From: Antedon mediterranea
Taxonomy: Eukaryota; Animalia; Echinodermata
Assembly: GCF_964355755.1 (NCBI RefSeq)
Contig: NC_092670.1
Span: forward strand, 5,074,201-5,138,200
Reading direction: 5' to 3'
DNA length: 64,000 nucleotides
Positions within the stretch are counted from its first letter, which is position 1, and every line of letters starts with the position of its first letter. The notes under the pieces are model-generated. The model did no database searches. It had not been told where the DNA came from and worked only from the letters and a program-made list of their open reading frames with translations. The position numbers and the translations under genes were made by a program. Below are positions 1-14,016 of this stretch, in pieces.

Positions 1-2877
1 ACTTGGTTTTAATCTTAAAATGTTTGTAAGGTACATATTTCTATTTACTCTAATGGAATATTTTGACCAGAAATGACTGAAAATGCCATTTCTGACCATT
101 TGACCTTTGACCTTCTATCATCATATCTCGGTAACTAATGGTCACACAGACTTGAAATTTGTTTCAAATTGTTCGCAGTATGCCTTTTTATATTTACTGT
201 AATTAAATGTTTTGTTTTAAAGCAAACAGAAATGCCATATCTGACCTCTTGCCCTAATGCATGTAATATCCACAACTGAGAGACTATAGATTTGTCTAGT
301 ATTGTTTATAACTTGTACCGGTACTTGTGGTTTTGATGATCTCCCTTGTTCCAAAATCAATATTTCAAATCACCAATTTCTATAAGAGCTTCTGGTGCTG
401 GTGGATTGTTGCAAAAAACCGGCTTCAAGTGACCATCTTCTAGTTGCCAGGAGTAGTCAGTTGCTGGTGGAATAGATGGAGTTGGCTTGCATGATGAATT
501 CCATACAATAGACATGTAGTATGCTCTTTCCACGTGTAATCTAAGAGTTCCCATGGTTGGAGGTAATTGTTGTCCTTCCTTGCCTTTCTGTGCAAATAAC
601 ATCCATCTCAAGTCTGTGACATAATCTGCCTTGATCTTAGAAGTACTGTATAATATGCAAACATAATTATCTTTCCATTTGCCTGAAAATCTAATTTGGT
701 ATTTCAGAGGTCAGTCCATATACAGCAAATGCATCTAGTATTTCATCGTCACATTTCAAAAGTGCTTTGAAATGGGCGGACACTCCTTTTCCAGCAAATG
801 TACAAGTGTTATCTGTACCTTTAAATGCGTACCATCCAATCAGTGCTGCTGATATTTGTTTTCAAAGTCGGTAATAGCATTCCCATATAGGTATTTTTTC
901 CCTTCTTTTCCTACAAAATGTGGTCATTGGAGGAAGTAGAGGATAGCTTCCTGTTAAAAGGATAAAGATATCAGTATCTACAGAAAATGTCAACATTGGC
1001 ACTTGGGTCTTTGTTCATACAATCAAAGGCATACAATAAGACCAGTTGGTCCCCTTCTTCCAATGTGTGTTGTCCGTATGTCATCTCTGGCATCATGATA
1101 ACTTCTGAGAGATTGCAGTTTGCCATCATGGACGTGTGATGTGTTACTAGGACCTTCTTCGTGTTGTTCTTGAAGTGATTAGGTATCTTCTCTGACAGAT
1201 ATTTTGTAAGTTCAGCTTTGGTCTCTTTGTGCGATAAAAATGTCTTAATGTTCTTAATCTTAGTGTTGTCATTGACATGGTAGTGAATGGTAGTTGTTTT
1301 CTGTGTTCTCTTATCTCGTGTAGATTCTTTTAAAGATCATGATAGATATTGATCAAATAAAAGACGAACTTCATCATATGGTTTGCTCAGGTTAACAAAT
1401 TCAGATGCAAAGTCAGAAGCATTGAGCTTATCAGACACCTTTTTTACCATATTGACGACACACATGCCATCAATAATTAGGATTGATGCTGCTTTTTATC
1501 ATCTTTCTGTACAGACCTGCTGACATTATCTGGTAGAGGGAGTTCTGTTATTGACTGCAATACCTTGGATTTTCCAGAAAGCATTATCATTCTTCCATCT
1601 GGATGGAAATTTGATGGTGGAGTGCTATTGTACTCATAGTTGCCTATGACATCCTTTAGAGCGAACTCTGGCCTGCTCTTCGCCACAACTAACAATCTAG
1701 ACAGCAGCTTTCTCTCTTGATTAATTGAAACTAGTTGACCTTTAATTTTGGTTTTCACCACTGCTCCTACATGCTTGAAATAAGAGAAGTTGTTTTTCTT
1801 TTGAGGGTCCCAAAATGTTACGGTTTTTTCAACCATTCGTGAATTTATCCAATGCTTCTTTTCCTAATTGGTCTCGCTTTTCAATCGTTTGACTGACATC
1901 ATCGGAGGTTACCATGCCAGGCACTGAGTTGGCTTGGCACTGAGTTGGCTTGTCACTGAGTTCCACGGGGATCTCACCAGGCTAGCATTGTTTGCTAGGT
2001 GTTAGCGACAAGGCCTAGGCTGGAACTATAGTTTATAACTATTTAACTAAGGCCTCTCTGTACAACATTTATATCAGCATAGGTACATTATTATACAAGT
2101 AAATGTATATGTAGTAATAATAAGTATGATTTCCCAGCAAACACTGTTTAAATCGGTTTAAAAAACACTTACCATTTAAACTCATGAAATCTAATCTGCT
2201 TGAACTTTCAGCCAATCACAGGCTAGGATTATGTATGGAGATAAAGAGTGGCTTTTATTTATTTTAAAACTTTAATTTCCAAGCTTAAGTGAATGTTTTA
2301 AAGCATCAATAATTAAAAAAATCAATAATGTGTTACAAATATGGATGTTCTGAGCAATCTGTCGAAAAATGTTATCTATAACCAACATGTTGTGGATATC
2401 ACATAGGTTATGGTCAAAGGTTCAGATATGGTTTTTCCGGCCATCTTGAAACAAACCTTTGCATTAAAGCAAATAGAAACATGTATTTTCTGAACAATTT
2501 GGGATAAATATCAACTTTTTCTGACCAATAGTTATTGAGATATGATAAGATCAGGTCAAAAGTCAAATGGTCAGAAATAGTATTTCCGGTCATTTTAGGG
2601 CAAAATGTTCCATTATAGTGAATAGAATTATGTACCTTACGAACATTTTAAGACTAAAACCAAGTCTCTACGATTAGTGGTTGCCGAGATATAAGTACTT
2701 GATAGCATAGGCGGCCATTTTTAAAAAGCGTCCCCAGCGAATGAAAAACGCGTTTAGAATTTGGACAACAAGTTGGAAGTTGTTTCTTGTGATGTCCTTG
2801 ATCACTTAAAAGTGAAAAATCAAACTTGGCTAAATATATGAAGTAAAGTTAATATAGTGACAAATGCTGCCTGACTA
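1..2877 (-). mobile_element. Academ-like DNA transposon (decayed), left end outside window, probably inside an UNC-45 intron
   Basis: Bases 1-~145 are the reverse complement of ~2520-2665 (long TIR), and the right terminus reads ...TGCTGCCTGACTA at 2877. Broken minus-strand coding remnants show XPG/FEN-like motifs (EEGDQLVLLYA, SVDTDIFIL, GWYAFKGTDNTCTFAGKG) and LPPTMGTLRLHVERAYY..W..PPAP, typical of Academ transposon proteins. Confidence 0.8.
357..1836 (-). pseudogene. Frameshifted transposon protein fragments (XPG-like nuclease region of an Academ-type protein)
   Basis: ORF fragments 357-611 and 1477-1836, plus motifs near 790-1060, are interrupted by stops and frameshifts. Confidence 0.7.
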
Positions 2878-3037
2878 TAACAAATTCAATATACTTTCAT
2901 GAAAAGGAGAAAAACATGATTATCTGATTTTTAATGGAAAACAGTAAAACTACATACTACTAAAATAAATTGTAGGTCTGTTTTCATATGGTATGTGCAA
3001 GAGAATGATATGTTCATAACATTAAATTTTTTTCAAG

Positions 3038-3200
3038 GGCACGGTTTAGTGGAAACAATTTGGAAAGTAGCTTAGAGGCAATACAAGCAATCTCCGCCCT
3101 CTTGCAAGGACCTTACGATGTTGGTAACTACATTATTGGACAATCAGGTGTCATAGAGGTCATGATAGCTATGGCAACTAGTACAGATCCTCTTCATCAG
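3038..3200 (+). CDS. unc45: UNC-45 exon
   Basis: ttcaag|G...CAG|gtatgt; [54 protein letters not shown]. Confidence 0.9.
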
Positions 3201-6200
3201 GTATGTATGATCCCCAGTGCTAGCCACTACCCAGCAAAAGAACTGTTGGGTTTTCAAATTTGAATGAAGGTTTATGGTTTTTAAGCAGTGTACAATAAAC
3301 CATTAGTTGGGCCAGGATTTTGTCCTGAAAGGGGAAAAATAAGTTATACAACATTAAATCTGTTTTCTAGTCCAATAGCAACAGTGTCTGCGCTCTACTG
3401 CACCAATATGTACTGTATTTATACGTTTGCAGTAATTGTAAGCGGGAAACATGTCCTAGCTAAACTCTGTATCTATAGACTGAGCAGGTTTCCGCTCAGG
3501 TTTTTTTTTATGGTCATAAGAAATAACAAAGATTATCTTTTTGTTTGCCACTTACTGTTACCACTATCTCTCGTCTTTTGATTGTATGATCAACTATTTT
3601 TATATTATTCTAGAGAGTGGCTGTAGAAGCAATTGTCCACTCGGCCAGCAAAAAGGACAAGTGTTCCGGAATCCTATCAAAGGGTGCCGATGTGTTAAAA
3701 GAATTATACAAGTCTGCCAGTGACGACATAAAAGTACGAGCACTTGTAGGCCTGTGTAAGCTAGGCTCCTATGGCGGTGCTGATTATAGTGAAAAGGTGT
3801 TAGATGAGGGCTCTGCTCTCATGCTAGCTAAGCAGTTGAGGAAGTAAGTGGTGGCTAGCCCTAGTAAAGATCAGTCCTGGTATTTAGGCCTATGTGATCT
3901 GCCTTTGACCTGCTATTCTGACTTTAAAAACTCAACAAAGCACATGACTATAATGGAGATAAAACATAAATATGCAAAGAGTTTTCCAAAGATGTTGAAA
4001 TAATATTCATTAGTCGATCAAAACATTTTTTGACAGTTTTAATATTTTCGTTTAGTTTTTGTAGATAGATCTAAGGTACTAGTAAACTTCCATGAATTAT
4101 CTTGGGGTTTTCTTGAGGTTTTCTATATATTTTGTTCTTATACCTGCAGCTCCTGGAATTAATGTTTTTTATCACCCCTTTATCAAAGGAACTTTATGAA
4201 TTACTTTTCTCTGATGTATATTTCTATTAATTTATTTTTTAATTAGATTTCTTGTGAAGACAGAGAAAGGTCTTGACTTGAGAAAGTGGGCTGCAGAAGG
4301 GCTATCGTACTTATCAATTGACGCAGACGTAAAAGAAGCAATCACATCCGACCCGCAAGCAGTCAAAGCACTTATTGAGCTGGCTAATGTAAATAATTCT
4401 ACCCTATGAACAGTACATTTTAGGCCTACAGTCACAGTGATTTTACTAACACAGAGAGCCTCATGTCATGTGTGGTTGCTCATTATGTAACAAAAATGAA
4501 TGCACATATAACAAAATTCAATGTCCTTATAAAAAAATGAAATTGCCATATAACGAAATTGCACAGTTGATGACATAAGTGTTAAATTGAGTAATTATTG
4601 AATATCATATGACCCACAATCCTCCAATCAAAAGACAAAAATCTACTTATTGAATTGTTCTTTGTTTCCATATCTTCTTATCTATTATATTACCTTATTT
4701 CATAGTATAGTTTAAAATGAATTAAACAATCTTTTTTATTTTGTAGTCTGGCAATCCAACACTTCTTTATAGCGTTGCATCAATATTTGTTAATCTGACC
4801 AATAGTTATGATCAACAGAAGGCAGACCCTGAAATGGTGAAACTAGCAGAGTTTGCTAAACAGCACATTCCAGAGGATCACCCATTGGTAAATGACTCAC
4901 TCGACAAATACCATGAAATTCTTTACTAAAAGCCTCGGTAAAAGCTTCAAATATTGCAGTTTTGAAAAGAACACAAAGGGTGGTTAATGTGCTGGCTTTC
5001 AAATTTAGTGTTAAGTTCAATTCTGATTCTGACATAATAGTCCATATGAAATAGGTAATTTTTCCAAACTAATATATTTTGTTGATGAAATGTGTTCTTT
5101 GGACACTACTCACTGTAAGCCTACCATTTCATTAAGCTCTGTCTACACTATCAAACTACATTGACAAAAAAGTGTGATCTGCCCAAATGTGGTAGTGATA
5201 TGATGTCATAATGTACATATATGTGCACATCACATTTTATAGTCATAAAAAGTAACAAATATTTTCTTGCAATTAGTTCCAAAAATGGTAATTTTTCACT
5301 TAAATCATCTTTGGAAGTAATTTTGGCTTTAATGAGTGCCATTCTCATTGCACTCTCTCATTTGCATAGGATACTCTTCATTTATTTATCTTTATTTGAA
5401 TATGCTTACTAATTAGGATTCAGAAGAGTATGCTAAAGGCAGAGTGGACATGTTGCTGGAACATGGTATTGTGACTGGACTGGTGATCCTAAGTAAAACT
5501 GAGAGTGAAAGCAGTAGGGAACTCATAAGCAGGTTTGTAACTTGTATTCCAGTACTTGTGATGTCTACAACTGTCAAGCCTGTAAAATTACACTGTGCTA
5601 ACATATTGGCTATTTTTATCAATAGCAGCACTTTAAAAGTATTTTAATGTAGAGTACAGTAAATGAAATAAGCTATAAAAAAACAGTTATCAGATAGCCA
5701 CTTAAAACGTTAATTATATACGTGTTGTATAATATCAGGTTTAGGTACTAGATTTTGGCCGAGCCTAGAAATAGTTGATATTTAGCATTGGTGGCTAGTG
5801 GCAACTAAGTTTATGCCAAGCCCAACTGTAATATCTTTAAACTCCATAGTTAAAGCAGCTTATCATTTTACCTAAACCTTTTTAGAGTTTTCTTAGCCTC
5901 TGTTATGGATGAGAATAACAGAGGTCTTGTGGTTCAACAAGGAGGGGCCAAGTCACTTGTAGCCCTGGCCAATGATGGCAACCCTGTGGGGCGTACCATG
6001 GCTGCACAAGCTCTAGCAAAGATTGCCATCACTATGAATCCTGAGGTTGCATTCCCTGGTCAAAGGGTAAGTACAATAAAAGTTACTTTTGTCATAGTAC
6101 AAAAAGCAAAAGAACAATTTAAAACTAATTTTAGAGCTGAATAGGGTTTACAAGGTTGTTTTCTCCTTGTTATTGTTGTCCCACCTACTGTATACTAAAT

Positions 6201-9200
6201 CTCCTTTTCTTAAAGTATAACACACTGTAGTTTGTTTCCCTAAACTACAATACTACAATACTTTCTTTGCCTCCCTCTGTCCATTCCTAATCATTTCGTT
6301 CTTCTTTTCAATCTATGTGTTATAAAACCTAATACAGCATTTTGATATGGAATCAACCAATCAAAGGATACACTCAGGTGGTGGTGATGTTTATAATTAA
6401 ATGTAAATTAAATTATGTGCATGTTGGAAACAACAACAGTTTTTTATTTCTTGCTGGTGTTGCCATGGCTTGCTTTCACGTTGCGGATCATACCATTCAG
6501 TTATGGGGTGGTCAAATGTTAAACTTTTTCTCCTTATACAACACGAGTAGGGTATAAATAATATTGGTTTGTCTAAGCTAGCCACAAGTAGACTTATACC
6601 CATTTTCTTGCAGATGCTAGAGATAGTCCGCCCTCTTATTGGCCTCCTTCACATGGACTGTACTGGCCTACAGAATTTTGAATCCTTAATGGCACTGACA
6701 AACCTTGCAAGTATCAGTGAATCTGTTAGGTAAGGTTATTGTTTTGTTTATTAATTATGTTCTGCATAGAATTTTCTTCTTCCTCTATTTAAACATCATC
6801 TTAAGACTTTCTTTTTATCCAGTAGATTGTATTATTATTTTTTTATAATATGGGTTCAAGGATGTAGCCAATCAGACGCGCTGAAATGAGTCACATGTGT
6901 GATCTTTATTTTTCACTCTCATCCACTTGAGTGCAAAAAGTGCGCATCTCCACTAACACACTCTGACTTGTGCATTATTTGTATATTATTTTCTAGATTT
7001 ATATAAGACTAACAATCTTTTCATAAATATTAATGAACAAAGGCTTTTATTGTTAACCGTGTGTAGGCTTGGGTGTTGAACAAGTACATTTGCTCAACCC
7101 TTAAATCAAAGACTGATGATGTGAGAGTTATGACAGAATGAATGTGTCAGAAATGTATTAATTATTTAAAAGGGTATCCTATTGGGTGAAATGCATTAAG
7201 TTGCTATATGCAACCTTGACATGCTTACCATTATAAAAATACCTTTTTTAACTACTCAAATGCTCTATTGAGGTTAATTATTCATTAACTAATCACTATG
7301 TAAGATTTTGTGATTAATTGTAATGTCTGTACTTTTGTGAGAAACTTATTTTATAAGTCATTTTGCTTGACATTTTTTCTACTTACATATTTTGACATTC
7401 AGTATCCGGCATAACTAACTTTAACCATTTACATTAACATATTCTTATAATATTTACATTTTAATTTGTTGTTAATGTTAATTAACAAGATTGGTGAGAT
7501 GTTTTGTCAAATTATGACATAATTTGATCAAATTCTCTGTACATTTTAAAAAATGTAAAAGTTTTTAAGTTATTCTTGAGGACTAGAATCCCTAACTTTT
7601 GGACCATTTTTGCCTACTGTGTATAAACCACCGAGCTTACGATTGGTAAAAAGTTTACTCCAGTAACATACTTAGACCTAAATAGAGGGCAGTAAACAGA
7701 TAATTTAACCAATTCATGTAAGCAGCATGTTTTATATACCCATAGCCTCAAATCTTTATTCCCAAAAAATAACCATAGGATTTCAATTATTTTCAGAAAT
7801 CGTATTGTTAAAGAACGCGGAATTCCTTCAATTGAAAACTATATGTTTGAAGACCATGATATGCTTCGCCGAGCAGCTACAGAATGCATGTGTAATATGA
7901 TCCAGAGTGATCAAGTAAGTATACTAAGACCTGATTCACAATTTCTAGCTAACTGTTAGCCTAACCAATCTCTGTCAATCAGGATCTGGAATACTAGAGC
8001 TTAGTTCCCACTAAGACCTTATTGCAAATGAATATGTGATGGATCTATTATAGAGCCATCACATATTAATTTGGCAATAAATGTCATACATTGCAAGTGT
8101 CACTATCTTAACTCTGGAATTAGTTGGGTATTTAATTTCATAAGTTTGATATGTAAACAAGATATTTTATATCATATTTTATTAAAATATTTCAACACAA
8201 GGTTTGTTTTACTAATGTTTGCGTAAGTCTCTATTCACATTATATAACATGATAAACTTACAAGACAGGATTCCTTTATTATATTGCAATGATCAAAAAA
8301 CATTCTGCTGCCATCTAGCTTGCTCATGTAAATTGGTAAATGGCTAGTGAACCGGATGTCATGAGTGGCGTAACATAGGAGGCAAATGCTCCTTGTTTAG
8401 CCCACTGAAGGGGCCTCCAACACTGGGTAGTGCATTGGACTGCTCATGCTCTGGGGCCCCTTATACCATGCTTTTTAGTAAAGAAAAAACATCACAATTG
8501 TACAGCCTAGAAGATCAGATTTTGATTATCTTAGTATGACAAAGTGATTTGGTTGTTCTTTTCTTAACGCATGATGGTATACTGCATATTCCATTATTGT
8601 TGCATACAGATGTTCCTGCAATTAACCACTTTCTTGACATTTCCAACTGTTGATATTTTTTCTGACACAAGTTAAATTCTAGCCTACTATTAGGTAGCTT
8701 AAATTTCAATATTTTGTGTATTATAAAGGTTCAATGTAAAACATACATGACTGATCAATTCTAGAGGCCTAGATAAGCCACAATATGTATGAACATCCTG
8801 TGTTGTTAAGCTTAACTCATACAGTATGCCTAAACAGAACAAGGTCTAGCCTATACTGTCATCCGCCTTTTTATTAAATAAAAATAGCGGCATATACAGA
8901 CTTAAAATTTTGATATTATTATTCTTTGTAAAGATTGGGGTAAATTGCCCACTTTATTTTCATCAAATTCAGCATACTGTAAGATCTATGTTCCACATCA
9001 TGTAAATCACATTTATTTAATCATTATTGATGGGTCTTGAAAGAATTTCATTTAGCTTCGATTTTGTATAGATGACAAATTTCGTTTTTGTAAAAGCACA
9101 AGTTAACGGAGTACTTACTTGAACGTTTCGATCTCTATCAGAGATCCTTCTCAACTGACTGCGGAGTGTTAATGCAGCTTGGTCATTCTTTACGTCATCT

Positions 9201-12200
9201 GTTGATGACGTTGTACGCCTCCGGTTGTAGGTTGGAGGTTGTGCGGGGCTCGGCCAGGTGATGTGTCTATCAAATCATTGTACAAATGCGAGATTATTGA
9301 TGGGCTTGTAATCAAATCAATTATAATCATTGTTAATTTTCCTGAGTTATTAGTGCCATGTTGCCGTGTTAATGACCTTCTGACTTCCTCCAAAAGTGCA
9401 ATTTGTTTTTTTGGTTCAAAATCTTGCTATTAGCAAATTAATTATTGATTATATTGCTATTAAGCGGTGCCTTTATTAATAAATCATTAGCAATTTATCA
9501 GCTGACATTGAACGTCTAGCTATTTTGCTCTTTAACTTTAATATTTTTTAATCAACTAGCCTGCGTCTGTAAATTATATAATTAAAAGCAATTGCGACAA
9601 AATACAAATTGCAATTTTTTGATTAGATTTTTTTTCTAGACACCTCACAAGGCCTTAGCATTTTAATATGAATTCAAATCGCTGAACAACTCCACAAATA
9701 AATTAAAATCCTATTTCTAGAAAAAGAAATGATCATTGAAATTATACTTTAAACTTTTCTTGTAATTAATCAAAACAAATTACACTGTTCATTTAGAAAA
9801 CTAATCTATTTTTCAAACTTAACTATCTATATTATTTCTTCTAGAGTAAATTAGGTATTCTTTAACTACGAATAATGCATAAAATCGATACAGTTTGGTG
9901 TGTGGATCTTAATTTCTTTGTGGTGCAGTGCTTAGAAAATTATACAGTGTGTGGCTTAATTTTGTTATGGTGCTTAGAGAATTATAACATTTTGTGCAGG
10001 AGATAATTTCATTATGGTGCTTGGAGAATTATACAGTTTTATAGTTTTTCCAAGGAGAATTCTAAGTATGGTTTGTGGTACTTATTTAATTGTGGTGCTA
10101 AGAGAATAAAGTTTGGTGTGGCATTTTAATATTTCACTGCAATTCATAAAAGTATGGTCGGTGCATTTTACACAAATAGTTACCCTTTTTGCTATTAAAT
10201 AATTGCACAATGTCATGCCACAATTTGATTAATTAAATTCCATCTGTGTGGATTTGAAATAGTAGCCTGTTGCTTGCATTAGTGTCTCAACCTCTATACC
10301 ACAGAAAAAAAACACTCCAGGTTTCAGAAACAGGTCATAAACTATGAGTAATCATTGTGCAACAAAAAACTTTTTTTTTATGTTGCAATTTACTAAGTTC
10401 TTAAGTTCATCAGAGTATACTATGAATTACAAGCAGTTTTGAAAGATAATTTAAAACAGTGCTAGCGGCATTTTGTACTGTGTGGGTGGACCGTCATCGA
10501 CTGCGTTAACGAGGAGCTGAGGGAAACACTACACGCTTTTCCTTTTTTTTGTTGTTGTTTTGCGTTTTATTTTTGTAGGAATAATATTAAAATAGTGGTA
10601 ACCATTATGCAACATAATATCTTTGATTGTTTATTTTTTTTAACTTGCAATCAATAATAAATGAGACTTGAATGAATTTTATAATTAGAATATATTGGTT
10701 GATACAAGATATGAAATATTAGGTACAAAGATAATTGGAAACGGTCGTTAGTCATTTTATAGATGACTTTGTCATTTGTAATTTGGTCTCAAATGTATGG
10801 CAAAATATCAAAATACATGTTTTTTGGTTTAAAAAAAGGTATTAAGATGAGAGTGAGAATAAGATCTGTGTTTGTGTATCCTCTTCTTTTTAATAAATGC
10901 CCAATTGATACTATAAGTAAGGACTTATTATTATTAATCTTCAGTAAACATTTTACACTTTTTTTCAATGTAGATATTATTTATTTATTTTTATTATTCA
11001 GGTATAAAAACATTCAAATTCCAACCAGCAGCAAAAGCTGAAATGGTATACCATGCTACCGATGTAGCATTCAGATTTTTAAAAAGTAAAGAAATTTGTT
11101 TTAATTTAAAAAGTAAATTTCCTCTTTTGTTGACAGTTTATAAACTTTACTGGTACATTAGTGTTTGTGCCTATGACTTTTGGAACCATTTTTATCTCAG
11201 AAAGGTGTGCTCTCGACAATTTTAGAGACTCATCTTTTGGAAATTCAAATTAGATTAATATCAGCCAAAATTGTTAACGTAGTTAAAAAAAACAATTCAA
11301 TTTTTACACACTAGGTCTACCATATCTATGTCCGTGTAAATTAAACTTAGCTCTCCATTACCGCACATTACTGTATTTAATCTGTCCACTACAAAGTGTG
11401 CCTAAAGCAATTAGTACTCATACTAATATAGCTTTTACTTAAACCTTTATCAACTTTATATACACTCTAAACTTTATGTTACACACTGTCTGATGACCAG
11501 TGACACAAGTCTGTGGCCTAATCAACTGGTGACAGATTTGTGGCTTTTATTTTCAGTGTATATTTTTATCTTGGCATTTAAATGCATTAAACAGGTCCAA
11601 TTAACTTTCTTTTCTCAAAAAGTTACCCACAACACATTTAATTTAACATGATAATGTGTCATAGTGACATCATCACGACTTCCATTGCCTCATTACCATA
11701 TTTGGGCATGTTGCAGTATTTGACAAACTTTTGATATGGATGGTTTTTCAGTGCTTGTGGCTTGATGACTAATCTGTGCTCAACCCTGATGTACAGACAA
11801 GTGAACACCCAAGACTTCATTTATCAAAATTCACACAACATCTCTTTATGTTTCCTCTTTGTTTTGTATATTTATGTTCCATTAAAATGTCTAAACATTG
11901 ACATTCTCTTTCATTATCAGAGTCAAATTTGCTGTGTTGTTAAAGGAATGAGTGATTGATTACGATGTTTAAAATCTTTCTGCCAGACTTGAGTGTTTAT
12001 TATTACAGATTGATATTAATGAATACAATTAGTTTTACTTTATAACAGGGTGTGACTATTAGGCATGGTTTTATTGAAAAGGATATAATCTGTTAACATT
12101 GATTCAATATTCAATATCACAACATGAATTTAGATAATAATAATATCCTGGATTTATATAGCGCCTAATGTTGTTAAACCTCTAAGCGCTGAACATTATT

Positions 12201-13460
12201 ACCCCTGTCATGTTTTGTATCAAACACATATGGAAACATACTCCCATAATGCAGCTAGTAATCAGCGCAAAGTTGTATCTTGATCTAACCAGGTACCCAT
12301 TTATACACCTGGGTGTAGAGAGGCAAACGTAAGTAAAGTATCTTGCCTAAGGATACAAGCAATGCGGCAGAGTTGGATTTGAACCTCGATCTCATGATCA
12401 GTAGTCAGGCGTCCAACACACAGCGCCACACACCCTTTACGTAGATATTCATATATATTATTGTTTGTTCTTGCAGGTATTTGAATTATTTCTTAAAGAC
12501 AATGACAAAGTAAAGTTAGTTACAGTGTTGGCAGGAGAGGAAGAAGAAAAACTCAAGATGGCTGCCACAGGTGCACTGGCTATGCTATCGACCAATGAGA
12601 TTGTTTGTAACAAAATTCTCAATGTAAGTAAACTTTTTCTTTTTGGCTTTTTTTTTTCAATTAAAAATTAAAATGTTTAAAGCTTTAATTGTCTGTTGAA
12701 ACATAATATAAATTGTATAAATTATTAATAAATTAATTATATAAATATACTGTAAGCATAATTACTTTTGGTTCAATAATTAAAATTTACTAAACTGTCG
12801 ATTTTACATTTAAGTTACTTTGATTAAATATTTTATTTTAAATTCTGCAATTTGCATTTCAACAGGACAGAATTTTTATATAATAGTAAGAAGTTTAAAA
12901 TTGTTACAAATATCTTAAAATACTATAGTTTTACAAGATTCAAATCCAGGACAGGCATTTGTAAATCTTTTTAAAATAACAATGAAATATCTAAGCAAAC
13001 AAGGTCATATACATGGCTGCAGTCGCGTGCTCAAGTTAGTGTTTACCGACATAGTGAGCTGCAGAGTTGTGTTGCACGCGACTAAAAACTATGCTTATCT
13101 TTTCAAACTGGTTCTTATATATATCTTTAAACAATGCGTTATTTTTTATCCACATTCTCTGTATAAATACTAAACAAAGGTTTTTCAACACTTGAATAGG
13201 TTACCTCGTGGATAGATATATTCCAGGAGATTCTCGTGTCTTCCATTCCACAACTATTACACCGAGTGTGTCACGTATTAGCAAATATTGTGGAGAGCAG
13301 TAAGTCGAATGCCAGCAAGGTTATAGAAACTAAACTACTTGAGATTCTAATGGCCCTCTCAAAGGACGAAAACCCAGTCATGAACCCAGCACGTAAGGAG
13401 ATAGATAGACTGTTCAAGAAAGCAGTGGAACTTGAACTGATTCGGCCAAATGAGAGTTAA
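3038..13460 (+). CDS. unc45: UNC-45 myosin chaperone, C-terminal (central/UCS) part, 10 exons in window, 5' part outside
   Basis: GT-AG exons in consistent phase: 3038-3200, 3614-3843, 4247-4388, 4747-4887, 5417-5532, 5886-6066, 6614-6729, 7797-7914, 12477-12623, 13200-13460 (stop TAA). Hallmark UNC-45 motifs: [113 protein letters not shown]. Confidence 0.96.
3614..3843 (+). CDS. unc45: UNC-45 exon
   Basis: tctag|AGA...AA|gtaagt; [17 protein letters not shown]...[16 protein letters not shown]...LAKQLR. Confidence 0.93.
4247..4388 (+). CDS. unc45: UNC-45 exon
   Basis: attag|A...AAT|gtaaat; [47 protein letters not shown]. Confidence 0.93.
4747..4887 (+). CDS. unc45: UNC-45 exon
   Basis: tgtag|TCT...TTG|gtaaat; [47 protein letters not shown]. 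Confidence 0.93.
5417..5532 (+). CDS. unc45: UNC-45 exon
   Basis: attag|GAT...AG|gtttgt; [38 protein letters not shown]. Confidence 0.9.
5886..6066 (+). CDS. unc45: UNC-45 exon
   Basis: tttag|A...AGG|gtaagt; [24 protein letters not shown]...[22 protein letters not shown]. Confidence 0.94.
6614..6729 (+). CDS. unc45: UNC-45 exon
   Basis: tgcag|ATG...AG|gtaagg; [38 protein letters not shown]. Confidence 0.94.
7797..7914 (+). CDS. unc45: UNC-45 exon
   Basis: ttcag|A...CAA|gtaagt; [39 protein letters not shown]. Confidence 0.94.
9885..10160. repeat. Degenerate ~45-bp tandem repeats (GTGGTGCTTAGAGAATTATACAGTTT-like)
   Basis: Recurrent tggtgctt(a/g)gagaattataca units in an UNC-45 intron. Confidence 0.55.
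12135..12432 (-). mobile_element. tRNA-derived CORE-like SINE with L2-type tail
   Basis: Minus strand: tRNA-like head (GGTTCAAATCC B-box), CORE-like TATCCTTAGGCAAGATACTTTAC...CCAGGTGTATAAATGGGTACC, and 3' AGCGCTTAGAG...GGCGCTATATAAATCC..(TTA)n. Confidence 0.75.
12477..12623 (+). CDS. unc45: UNC-45 exon
   Basis: tgcag|GTA...AAT|gtaagt; [49 protein letters not shown]. Confidence 0.92.
12997..13088 (-). mobile_element. HINE/DINE-1-like (Helentron-associated) short element, copy 1
   Basis: T-run, subterminal inverted repeat AGTCGCGTGC...GCACGCGACT, 3' hairpin GCCATGTATATG(G/A)C, end CTTGTTT. Related copies at ~29896, ~31075 and ~61720. Confidence 0.6.
13200..13460 (+). CDS. unc45: UNC-45 terminal coding exon
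   Basis: aatag|GTT...TAA; [35 protein letters not shown]...LELIRPNES*. Candidate AATAAA at 13784. Confidence 0.92.
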   Translation, partial: VTSWIDIFQEILVSSIPQLLHRVCHVLANIVESSKSNASKVIETKLLEILMALSKDENPVMNPARKEIDRLFKKAVELELIRPNES

Positions 13461-14016
13461 CATATTCCAATGCCGTTTTGTTATTTTTATATTTATTTAT
13501 ACATTTTTTATAAAATTTTAGTGAAATAATGAATTAGTATTGTAATGCATTAATGAATAGACCCACAACAAAATTGATTGTGTATCTTTCAAATGATATA
13601 AAAACCACATTCAATGAATTAATTACATTTTTAAAAACATATAAATTTTCTTTCTTCACTTTTGCTTTTTATTGGACATTTTTAATTGTTTACAGTATTT
13701 GTATATCTTTTTATGTTTTTGTTATACAATATACAGTATTAAATTTCGCGATCCATTGTTAGAACTGAAAGTAAATGTGGTGGAATAAACTGTGACTCGT
13801 AGCCTACTGAATGGTGCACATGTGTGAACATCATATACAAAAACTTTCTTCTCCCTTAAAAGGGTCCCTCTGATAAGGATAGAAATAAATAAATAAGATA
13901 GAAATAAATAAATAAGGATTATTGTTTAGTTATAATAATAATCAGTTCTTTTAAAATGAAAACCTGCAGTAGTGATCATATTTAAAGATGGTTAATAAAA
14001 TAAAGCATGACATCAT

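Noticed and set aside
4232-6603. Minus-strand ORFs overlapping unc45 exons
   Set aside because: Antisense shadows of the unc45 coding exons or random intronic frames.
9190-9545. Possible decayed hAT transposase C-terminus ([23 protein letters not shown]) on the minus strand
   Set aside because: Only short motif resemblance across multiple stops, and no TIR or TSD identified.
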